Positions 1-8,317 of a DNA stretch of 64,000 bases are shown piece by piece (position 1 is the stretch's first letter; every line of letters begins with the position of its first letter). Below the pieces are notes generated by a model that did no database searches, was not told the DNA's origin, and was given only the letters and a program-made list of their open reading frames with translations. This DNA is from an uncultured Gammaproteobacteria bacterium (GTDB lineage: Bacteria > Patescibacteriota > Patescibacteriia > UBA1558 > 2-01-FULL-52-15): positions 568,823 through 632,822 of the forward strand of contig CAYOCJ010000001.1 in NCBI GenBank assembly GCA_964402565.1. The letters run 5' to 3'. The position numbers and the translations under genes are program-made.

Positions 1-538
1 CTTCGTCTTTTTGCATGCTTTCATTCAGCCACTGCCTGAAAAGGTCAGCCTTATCTTTCTTGATCTGCTTTGATTTCCAGATCAGATATCTATCCAGACG
101 GGGCGACAGACGCAATGTATATTTTATCGTGAACGACTCTTGACCGATATTTTCGTCGAGGTATTGCAAGAATGCCTTTACTTTTTTGGTCAGTGAATCT
201 GGCGAGTAAAAAACGATCTTAATGTACTTTTTTACGTCGGCATTATACGTCAACGCCTCTACAGACGCGTCGAGAATGCTGCCCTTCGCGAGCAGGTATA
301 GCACCTGCTTCTTATGTGCGAGTGCCAGTGCCAGCAAATAACCAGTGTCAGCTTCAAGCGCTGTGCCATCGATAACTAACGCATCAAGTTCATTAAAATG
401 CGTGCCGTCTAAATTACCTTTTTTAAGATCGATGTTCGTCCACACTGAAATACCGAGCCGCTTCAGTTCCTGCACGAGCTCCTGATGCAAGAGCAGCTCT
501 TTCGGTCCCGATATATTGAGAGAAATAAAAAGTTTCAT
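1..538 (-). CDS. Partial gene (runs off the window): nucleoside 2-deoxyribosyltransferase-like domain plus C-terminal ribbon-helix-helix-like segment
   Basis: Not in the ORF track; translated by hand. ATG at 538 overlaps the upstream TGA (ATGA). Reads MKLFISLNISGPKELLLHQELVQELKRLG...DALVIDGTALEADTGYLLALALAHKKQVLYL...KYTLRLSPRLDRYLIWKSKQIKKDKADLFRQWL and stays open to position 1. Confidence 0.6.
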   Translation of the reverse strand, partial: MKLFISLNISGPKELLLHQELVQELKRLGISVWTNIDLKKGNLDGTHFNELDALVIDGTALEADTGYLLALALAHKKQVLYLLAKGSILDASVEALTYNADVKKYIKIVFYSPDSLTKKVKAFLQYLDENIGQESFTIKYTLRLSPRLDRYLIWKSKQIKKDKADLFRQWLNESMQKDE

Positions 539-1524
539 ATGCCGTTGTTTGAGTGCTCATCTTGAATTAATGCACCGAATTCGGCGTCAGTTGCGGCCGC
601 AGCATCAGCCCACAACACTTTTGCAACTGCAGCTGCCCAGCTCATATGGACAACGCTATAGGTGTCATCATGCTGCAAAACATAATGCTGATTAAAAAGG
701 ACGATCCGTTTAAAATTTTTTCTTAAATTTTCAAGATCTTGCTGGGCAATTTTTTCGTTCGCCTGTATATGCAAAAGCAAGGTTGTATATTCCTTATTAT
801 TTTTATGTTGTAATGCACTATGCGTGATGCCAAGAGGACTCGGGCCAATGATACATACTTTTTCAGAAAGTCGTGGTGTGAACGTCGTTTCCTCTTCTGC
901 GTTTCCCACTTTGTTCAAGCTGATACCGAAATCAACCTTGCCTAAATATGTTTCATCAAAAGATCGAAACAGGTTCATTGATCTGAAATCAGATATAACT
1001 GCTTTTGCAGGGTCGATCAATTTATTGCCGAACATGATAGCAGCACTCTTGAAACTGGGATTGCTTGCAACTTGGATAGCGTTGATCAAATTTGAACGTA
1101 ATCCCAATCCGCCAGATTTGATAATTGATGAAAGATCCTGTTCAGCAAGTGCTTCAGGCGAATAACGCGAACCGGTGAATATTACAGGCTTATTGAATCC
1201 TTTCAGTGTGAATTTCGCCGCGGCTGCCGCGAGAACCATACTCTCAGCACGCACCAAAACAACGAAACCATCAAACTCCACTTTTTTGGCTGCAAGAATT
1301 CTAAGAATATTATTCAAACTTTGCAGAGAAAAAGCCTCCTTCTCTCCTTGAAGAAAAATAGGAGTAATGTCTGTCAAAAGGGCTACTTCAGGTAGCTCTG
1401 AGAACCATGTTGGAATATCAGACTCTTGATCAACGAAAAAAATGCTCTTGTTTGCTTTGATACTCACAAGAGAACCCGAAGAAAACAGCAATGCTATTTT
1501 ATATTTTTTATCAATTTTACTCAT
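535..1524 (-). CDS. L-asparaginase-fold protein, probably catalytically inactive
   Basis: FDGFVVL, KPVIFTGS and NLINAI match type I asparaginases, but the TGGTI and HGTDT catalytic motifs read SSGSL and VRAES. Confidence 0.7.
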   Translation of the reverse strand: MSKIDKKYKIALLFSSGSLVSIKANKSIFFVDQESDIPTWFSELPEVALLTDITPIFLQGEKEAFSLQSLNNILRILAAKKVEFDGFVVLVRAESMVLAAAAAKFTLKGFNKPVIFTGSRYSPEALAEQDLSSIIKSGGLGLRSNLINAIQVASNPSFKSAAIMFGNKLIDPAKAVISDFRSMNLFRSFDETYLGKVDFGISLNKVGNAEEETTFTPRLSEKVCIIGPSPLGITHSALQHKNNKEYTTLLLHIQANEKIAQQDLENLRKNFKRIVLFNQHYVLQHDDTYSVVHMSWAAAVAKVLWADAAAATDAEFGALIQDEHSNNGI

Positions 1525-1530
1525 GTGAGT

Positions 1531-2208
1531 TTAGTTCGAACCTACAAACAAGTATTTTATTATTATAAAAACCATCGCTAGCGTAAATAATGGGCCTAGC
1601 CAAATATAATCATAAGTAAATAAAGGTAGAATAAGATTGCAAATTGATCCAAAAAAAGCTGAAATCAAAGTAGAAAATATCACAACCTTTAGTAAATTTC
1701 GGTGTGAAGATGTAGAAACTTTATATTTTTGCCATAAAGTCAGAAATCCTTTAGCAATGTAACCTAAAAAACATAAAGAAAAGGCCGCATACGGCAAAAA
1801 ATTAATTTTTGTTTGATACGAAAAATTATCAAAATTTGAATAAATGTGTTCAACCTTAAAATAAAATATTAATACCGACACAAAGAATAATCCGAGAACG
1901 TATCTAACTTTTTCGCCAAAACTTATTGGTTTAACGCTATAAGGAAAGTAATGAGAAAATATGGAAAAAGAAACAGCTATCGAGGCTGCGGAAAAATAAA
2001 TAATGGAGCTAATTGCAATTGCACTCTCAAGGCTTGATGCAGTAAAAAAAATTCCCGTTGCTAAGCTCCAAACAGCGATAAAAAAAAGCATAACTGAAAA
2101 CGATCGATTTAGGCTACTCTTAGTGTTTTTAAGAAAAATAAATATCGATAGAGCTATATTCGCTCCTGCAGTTAAAAAGAGCAGAATTAATTTGTAATCT
2201 ATAATCAT
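1531..2208 (-). CDS. Stand-alone HisKA_7TM-like membrane sensor domain with no cytoplasmic output domain
   Basis: About 7 hydrophobic segments. KNTKSSLNRSF and NLILPL parallel QNTKSTINRYF and SFILPL in the adjacent kinase. Confidence 0.75.
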   Translation of the reverse strand: MIIDYKLILLFLTAGANIALSIFIFLKNTKSSLNRSFSVMLFFIAVWSLATGIFFTASSLESAIAISSIIYFSAASIAVSFSIFSHYFPYSVKPISFGEKVRYVLGLFFVSVLIFYFKVEHIYSNFDNFSYQTKINFLPYAAFSLCFLGYIAKGFLTLWQKYKVSTSSHRNLLKVVIFSTLISAFFGSICNLILPLFTYDYIWLGPLFTLAMVFIIIKYLFVGSN

Positions 2209-2242
2209 ATAAGCCGTCTTAATATTAATAGCCGTCCATTAA

Positions 2243-2308
2243 AGATTAGCACTTTCAGGATTTTAGTCAAGTGCCAAGGAATATTAAAATAATTGCTAAT
2301 ATTAGCAA
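2243..2308 (-). promoter_or_regulatory. Putative promoter (TTGACT ... TGcTAATCT) with an upstream perfect 16-bp palindrome TTGCTAATATTAGCAA
   Basis: -35-like hexamer at 2270-2265; palindrome at 2293-2308; lies in the 115-bp gap between the kinase and the solo 7TM gene. Confidence 0.45.
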
Positions 2309-2323
2309 AAATTTTTTTAATTT

Positions 2324-4525
2324 CTATTTTGTCGACAAAACAGGATCAGGCGTAATAATTGGTATTACAAATTGAAATGAGCTTCCTTTTTCAAGCCCAT
2401 CACTCTCAACCCAAATACGACCTCCGTGCTCAGTGACCACTCTCTGCGCAATATAGAGCCCAAGACCCGATCCTTGAGTATTAACTTGTGCAATGCCTGT
2501 GCCTCTAACAAATTTTCTAAACAACGATTTTGCATCATTAGGTCTTATACCAATGCCGGTGTCTTTGCAAATAAAATGTAATTCATTCTTTTCCTCTAAA
2601 GTCACAATTTCTATGCGTCCCTTTGGGGTATACTTTATTGCATTATCTATGAGATTTAAAATTACTTCACGAACTTTATCACTATCAACAAAAAGCTTGC
2701 GCATGTTTTTTGCAGGTGAAAAACTAACTTTAAGACCTTTCGAAATAAATTGACCTTGCAACTCCTTCAAAACACTTTCAACTAATAAATTAACATCAAC
2801 GGTTGTCTTATCGAGCTTAAATCTTCCTGATTCAATTCTTGAAACGTTAAGAAAAACATTTATAAGTCGAGCCAGGCGGGACGCGCTCTCAAAAAGATCT
2901 GAAATAATTTTTCTTTGCTTCTCTGGCACAGAGCCAAAATCGCCTTCAAGCAACATTGATAAATAACCCTTAAGAGCAGATATTGGGGTTCTAAGCTGAT
3001 GTGACGCAATTGATAAAAATTCAGACTTGGCCGTATCAAGTTGTTTTAAGTGCGCATTCGCGTCTTGTAATTGTAAATTTGTTTCCTTGAGTTTTTTAGT
3101 TGCAACATTAATTTTGTCTTGCAGTTTTAAATTAAATTCGCCAATCGATTCATAAAGCTGTGACTTTTCTATCGCAACAGCTACTTGGGGAGTCAAACTG
3201 CTGAAAAAACGAACCTCATCATCTCCATAAATATCGCCCGATTGCTTTTGACCTAGAATTATTACTGCCTTTAATTGTCCTTCGAGATAAACCGGCGCAC
3301 AAAACTCTATACCCTGTCTTTCAAGCTCATCAAGAACCTGTTTTGAACGCGTTAGTTCATCGGGATCCTCCATGTCAGCAACTCTCCTATACATTTCATC
3401 TGTAATAATAACGTCTTGTTTTTCTTTCAAAAACTCGATTAAATCACTTTTTGGATTAAATTCTTTACCTCCTAACCCACTCGTCAATGATAAAAATTTT
3501 GCGTTTTTCTGAACTAAAATATCAACGGTTTTTATTTTGAGATCATATGCCAAAGCAGAACGCAGGCTCGTTAATAAAACATCTAAATCAATTTCCTTCG
3601 CGATAATTATGCTAATTTCACGTAAAACCCCTTGATAGTCGATTTTTTCTTTGAAAAAAATATCATCAGTTAATTTTGCGAGAAAACGCTTAAGCGGGTC
3701 TAGCGCAATTACTACCGCAAATGATACGACCATAAATATCAACAACTTACCATACCGTCCTGTTTGTTCTTGAAGTGTTTCCGCAATGAAAAATGATGTG
3801 AAGGCAAAAATACTTGTGACAAAAGCCACAATGAGAAAATATAAAAAACTTTTTGCTAAAAGCGTTCTTATATTCATCAGCCTGTGACGAACTATGGAGT
3901 AGGTTATGAGAGAGAGATAAATAAACGAACCGACGACATCAAACTGACTAAAATTATCAATTCCAAGTAGCGGTAAAATAAAACTTGGGATTGTAGCCAT
4001 AAAAGTAAAAATTAAAGCGCCAAAAGCTACGTAAACAATTTGCTGCCGCCTTAGTCCTTCTGCTTTAAAGCTTTCTGTAAAAAGTTTAAAGTCTACAAAT
4101 AATAATGAAAAAACAATAAATGCTGTGTAGACATAAAATAAAGGTCCAAATTGGCCTTCAAAACTTCCAAAATTAACAGTATCAACCCTTTGTATAATTA
4201 ACTTTCCATACAAACTAGTAAAAAATAGCAGAGCCGTAAAAAAAACAATTGTGCTAGTTCTAATGAAATTTTTTTCTTTTCCGATCAGATGAAATAGCCA
4301 CTCTAACCCACTACCTAATATCAGAGCTCCAAAAGCATATTGAGCGTGTACCCAGATTGGATTATGACTATAGACAGTAATAAAATTACTAAAAGACCAT
4401 AGTGAATTACACAAAGCCATCACAGCAAAATATCTGTTAATGGTGCTTTTTGTGTTTTGAAACAATACGATCCCTCCTAAGCCCAAGCTTAGGAGTGAAA
4501 TAATTGCGACAAGTGTACTTAACAT
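2324..4525 (-). CDS. Sensor histidine kinase: HisKA_7TM-like membrane domain, GAF, coiled coil, HisKA, HATPase_c
   Basis: H-box SIASHQLRTP, N-box NLIDNAIKYT, G1 DTGIGI, G2 GSGLGL; GAF-like LGQKQSGDIYGDDE; multi-TM N-terminus. Confidence 0.95.
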   Translation of the reverse strand: MLSTLVAIISLLSLGLGGIVLFQNTKSTINRYFAVMALCNSLWSFSNFITVYSHNPIWVHAQYAFGALILGSGLEWLFHLIGKEKNFIRTSTIVFFTALLFFTSLYGKLIIQRVDTVNFGSFEGQFGPLFYVYTAFIVFSLLFVDFKLFTESFKAEGLRRQQIVYVAFGALIFTFMATIPSFILPLLGIDNFSQFDVVGSFIYLSLITYSIVRHRLMNIRTLLAKSFLYFLIVAFVTSIFAFTSFFIAETLQEQTGRYGKLLIFMVVSFAVVIALDPLKRFLAKLTDDIFFKEKIDYQGVLREISIIIAKEIDLDVLLTSLRSALAYDLKIKTVDILVQKNAKFLSLTSGLGGKEFNPKSDLIEFLKEKQDVIITDEMYRRVADMEDPDELTRSKQVLDELERQGIEFCAPVYLEGQLKAVIILGQKQSGDIYGDDEVRFFSSLTPQVAVAIEKSQLYESIGEFNLKLQDKINVATKKLKETNLQLQDANAHLKQLDTAKSEFLSIASHQLRTPISALKGYLSMLLEGDFGSVPEKQRKIISDLFESASRLARLINVFLNVSRIESGRFKLDKTTVDVNLLVESVLKELQGQFISKGLKVSFSPAKNMRKLFVDSDKVREVILNLIDNAIKYTPKGRIEIVTLEEKNELHFICKDTGIGIRPNDAKSLFRKFVRGTGIAQVNTQGSGLGLYIAQRVVTEHGGRIWVESDGLEKGSSFQFVIPIITPDPVLSTK

Positions 4526-4529
4526 CGGG

Positions 4530-5723
4530 CTAAATGACCTTTAATTTTTTCCCCACATTGAAAATTTTTTCAAAAGCTTCATCAATTTGTTCGTATGAAT
4601 GCAAAGCACTCAGCGCAAATCGAATACGTGCCATTCCTTTAGGTACAGCTGGCCATCTTACTGTGGGAGCAAAAACACCTGTTAAATAGAGTTCCTCCGC
4701 AAACTTCATCGCCAAATTTTCATCACCGATGTGAACCGGCACAATTTGAGTCACGCTCGAATAGGTGTTGAAACCGACTTCGTTTAGTTTCATCCTAAAA
4801 TACTGTGCTTTTTTCATCAAATCTTTGATCACACTATTATTGGATTGAACAAATTGAATTGCTGCTCGCACAGCTCCTACAACACCTGGGGAAAGCGAGT
4901 CCGAAAACATATAGGATCTGCAAGCCACTCTCATATAATCAATTAATGCTTTATCTCCACTTAAAAAACCCCCTGAGACCCCAAGCCCTTTACTGAAAGT
5001 GGCCATATTAAGATGAACCTTGCCTTTGCGTCCAAAGTGCTCAGCCGTTCCCGCGCCAGTATCGCCCAATACACCAATCGCATGAGCGTCATCGACCATA
5101 ACAGCGGCATCGAATGCGTCCGCTAAATCTAATATTTTATCCAAATGAGCAATATCTCCATCCATTGAAAAAACTCCATCTGTCACAATGAGTTTTCTGA
5201 AACGCTTATACCGAGAAATCTTTCTTTCTAAATCGTCAATGTTATTATGAGAATAAATCACAATTTCTGCATTACTTAGTTTACATCCGTCAACAATGCT
5301 CGCATGGTTATATTCATCACTAAAAATGACAGCTTTTTTTGCAAGAAAAGACTTTCCAAACCCAAGCAAGTTGATGTAGCCTGGTATTATGCCAGCATTT
5401 GCTCCATAGCCAGATGCAATTGTTAATGAATCTTCTGAGCCAACAAATTTTGACAGTTCCTTTTCTAATTCATTATGTATCAACATGGTTCCTGTTAGAA
5501 GACGCACGCCGCCTGTTCCTGCGCCAAACTCACGAATTGATTCTATGGCTGCTTTTTTTACTTGTTCATTATTTGCTAGACCAAGATAATTATATGAGCC
5601 CATCATTAGTATTCTTTTTTTATCTACGCTAACATATGGGCCAGTGGCTGTTTCCAAAACAATACCTTGTGGCAAACCTAATTTATTTTTTATGTAGTCG
5701 AACACTTTTTGAATTTCGTCCAT
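4530..5723 (-). CDS. PLP-dependent alpha-oxoamine synthase (BioF/KBL/serine palmitoyltransferase/CqsA family)
   Basis: SYNYLGLA, DEYNHASIVDG, DGVFSMDGD, DDAHAIG and PLP-lysine motif TFSKGLG. Confidence 0.92.
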   Translation of the reverse strand: MDEIQKVFDYIKNKLGLPQGIVLETATGPYVSVDKKRILMMGSYNYLGLANNEQVKKAAIESIREFGAGTGGVRLLTGTMLIHNELEKELSKFVGSEDSLTIASGYGANAGIIPGYINLLGFGKSFLAKKAVIFSDEYNHASIVDGCKLSNAEIVIYSHNNIDDLERKISRYKRFRKLIVTDGVFSMDGDIAHLDKILDLADAFDAAVMVDDAHAIGVLGDTGAGTAEHFGRKGKVHLNMATFSKGLGVSGGFLSGDKALIDYMRVACRSYMFSDSLSPGVVGAVRAAIQFVQSNNSVIKDLMKKAQYFRMKLNEVGFNTYSSVTQIVPVHIGDENLAMKFAEELYLTGVFAPTVRWPAVPKGMARIRFALSALHSYEQIDEAFEKIFNVGKKLKVI

Positions 5724-5729
5724 ACTCGT

Positions 5730-7421
5730 CTATTGACTTTTTTCAATTATATTCCTCCTCTTCAACTTCTGACTCAACGTCAGCATATCATTTTCCATAG
5801 TCCACTTCTCTGCTACCAGCTTAAATTCTCGTACTTGCTCAAATGATTGAAAATGCTCCAACATTTTTTTTATCTCTTCCGCATACACTACGTGCACGCG
5901 CTGGTTCGACAAGACCTGCGGCATCTCGTACGTAATCTGCTCCTTCTCGCACAGCATGCGTAAATTATCTAACTCAGGAACGATCAGCGCCGCTATTGCC
6001 CGCTCCGTATCTCCGTAGACCATGGCCTGAAGGATCAAAGGGCTCTCTTCTAACGCTTGCTCAATGGGCACCGGAAAAACATTACGGCCTGTCGACAATA
6101 CGATCATTTCTTTAATACGGCCGATGATTAAAAGAAAGCCATCAGCATCTATCGAACCGAGATCGCCAGTATGAAACCACCCGTCACTATCGATCACCTC
6201 TGCAGTTAACTCAGGTGCATCATGGTAGCCTTTCATGACCGAATCTCCTTTGGCTAGTATCTCTCCGTTCGGCGCTATCCGTATTTCTGCAGATGCGAGC
6301 GGCAGCCCAACGGTACCGAACTTATGCATTTCGATCTGATTTGCGGCAAGAACAGGCGATGTTTCCGTTAAACCATAGCCTTCAAGTATGAGCACCCCAA
6401 GCGATTCAAAAAATTCCGCAATGTGTTTTGGCAGCGCTCCTCCGCCTGAAACAGCGAAACGAAGCATGCCGCCGAATGCCCCGCGCACGTTGTGAAAGAT
6501 CAGCTTCTCACCTATATAATACATCAGTGCATCGACAAACGAAAGGCGTCCCTCAAGCCTCCGTACTGCCGCGCGATGTGCCCTGATGAATAGCAGGTGT
6601 ACTATGGCGTTCGACGACAATTTTTTTATTATTTTTTCATGAACTCGTTCAAAAATTCGTGGTACGCTTACCACAATGGTCGGCTTTGCAAACTGCATGT
6701 CCTCAGCAAGCGTTTCGATGCTTCGAGCATAGGTGATCTGAGCACCCGAAAGCAGCGGTACATAATACCCTGCGGTTCGTTCGAGAATGTGTGATAACGG
6801 TAAGAACGAAAAAAAAGTATCGGACGGGAAAACAGCAATATGCTGGACTAAGGCTCGTACATTGCTCAAAATATTTACGTGCGTCAGTTCAACTCCTTTC
6901 GGCTTTCCCGTTGTGCCTGAAGTGTACACTATGGTATGTACATCGTTTGATTGCGGCTCGTAAGCTACGCTGCTGTCCGGATGTGCTGCGGTCGCATCCT
7001 GAACGATTGACTCCGATTCATATATTTTTAATGTTTTGTATGTGTTCAGCTGGCTTTGCATTGATTTTTTTAAGGCCGCATCGACGCACAAAAAAGAGCT
7101 GCCGGAGTGCTGCAAAATATGCTCTACATAATCATAGGTATATGTTGAATGGATCGGAACAGAGATGCCGCCGCATCGCGCTATGGCGAGATCTGCAATG
7201 ACCCATGCGGGGCTATTCTTCATAAACAATGCCACGCGGTCGCCAGGATGAAGACCATCCTGCAACAATCGATGTGCAAATGCGTCCACCTGCTGCAGCA
7301 AGCGTCTGTATGATATGCCGTTTTTTTCTGAATCCCCGATCGTGCTCACGGCAATACGATCACTGTGCTGTTCAGCTGATTCTCGAAAGGAGTGATACAC
7401 GGAATAACGGCCAGTAGGCAT
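5730..7421 (-). CDS. fadD: Long-chain fatty acid-CoA ligase (AMP-dependent synthetase)
   Basis: YTSGTTGKPKG, FLPLSHILER, EGYGLTETSP, GWFHTGDLG and LTLSQKLKR, all typical of long-chain FACS. Confidence 0.93.
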   Translation of the reverse strand: MPTGRYSVYHSFRESAEQHSDRIAVSTIGDSEKNGISYRRLLQQVDAFAHRLLQDGLHPGDRVALFMKNSPAWVIADLAIARCGGISVPIHSTYTYDYVEHILQHSGSSFLCVDAALKKSMQSQLNTYKTLKIYESESIVQDATAAHPDSSVAYEPQSNDVHTIVYTSGTTGKPKGVELTHVNILSNVRALVQHIAVFPSDTFFSFLPLSHILERTAGYYVPLLSGAQITYARSIETLAEDMQFAKPTIVVSVPRIFERVHEKIIKKLSSNAIVHLLFIRAHRAAVRRLEGRLSFVDALMYYIGEKLIFHNVRGAFGGMLRFAVSGGGALPKHIAEFFESLGVLILEGYGLTETSPVLAANQIEMHKFGTVGLPLASAEIRIAPNGEILAKGDSVMKGYHDAPELTAEVIDSDGWFHTGDLGSIDADGFLLIIGRIKEMIVLSTGRNVFPVPIEQALEESPLILQAMVYGDTERAIAALIVPELDNLRMLCEKEQITYEMPQVLSNQRVHVVYAEEIKKMLEHFQSFEQVREFKLVAEKWTMENDMLTLSQKLKRRNIIEKSQ

Positions 7422-7423
7422 AT

Positions 7424-8239
7424 TTACATTTCAATAAAGTGAGTAACCTTCTGAAAAATCTTATTCTTATTCTCCGAGCGCAGCGGATTATGGTTCAATT
7501 CCTTTAAAATGAACATTTCCTTGTATACGCTGCCAACATTATCAAAAATATACTCCGCGCTCCTCGGATGAGATATCCGGTCATCGCGCGAGTGAATGAT
7601 AAGTATCGGAACAGTCACCTCGCGCAGGTGTTTTCTCGTGACCTGTTTGACTGAATCGCGGAAGTGCCCCAAACCATTCGTAGGAAACGAAGCATAATTG
7701 CCCGTTGATTCATATGCTTCGACGCGGTATTTCGATACATAAGGCTTCCGCACCTTTGAAATGCCGAAAAGCCTGAAGACATGGTATAGAATAAAATAGT
7801 AGGTCCGCCATTTCCAAAAAATCGACGGTCCGAGGCACACAATGCCTTTGAATCGATCCGGATACCGGCGTGCCAGATCAAGTGCTATATTTGCTCCGAA
7901 CGAGTAGCCGATCAAAACTATCCTCTTTCCGGAAGCTGCTGCCTCATTCGCTACAGCCTCGACGCTTTCCATCCAGTCCTGATAATTGCTTTGGATCAGG
8001 TCGTCAATATCAGTGCCATGTCCGGCAAGGCGGGCCACCATCACATCAATACCCTGTGAATACAAAAAATCGGCAAGCTCCTTCATATCATACGGGCTGC
8101 CGGTAAACCCATGGATCAAGATTGCTACCGTATCATTGTCGCGATGCAGGTAATTATACGGCTTGGCCTTGTCTTTGACGGGATGCGCATCAGCATTGCT
8201 TCGAGACCTGAGGTTAGCCTTTTTTTGACCAAATAGCAT
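7424..8239 (-). CDS. Alpha/beta-hydrolase, carboxylesterase / monoacylglycerol lipase-like
   Basis: HGFTGSP oxyanion loop, GYSFG nucleophile elbow, HSRDD and NHNP. Start placed at ATG 8239, directly after TGGTATACT. Confidence 0.88.
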   Translation of the reverse strand: MLFGQKKANLRSRSNADAHPVKDKAKPYNYLHRDNDTVAILIHGFTGSPYDMKELADFLYSQGIDVMVARLAGHGTDIDDLIQSNYQDWMESVEAVANEAAASGKRIVLIGYSFGANIALDLARRYPDRFKGIVCLGPSIFWKWRTYYFILYHVFRLFGISKVRKPYVSKYRVEAYESTGNYASFPTNGLGHFRDSVKQVTRKHLREVTVPILIIHSRDDRISHPRSAEYIFDNVGSVYKEMFILKELNHNPLRSENKNKIFQKVTHFIEM

Positions 8240-8317
8240 GGCTCTAGTATACCAAGATTCGCCCAAAATGAAAAATATGCGATCCGAGCTTCATACGAAC
8301 TATGGACGAATGTCGAC

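Noticed and set aside
4530-5723. Biotin synthesis gene bioF, or a definite cqsA
   Set aside because: No bioA/B/D nearby, the context is long-chain FadD plus a kinase, and the motifs do not specifically match CqsA. No symbol assigned.
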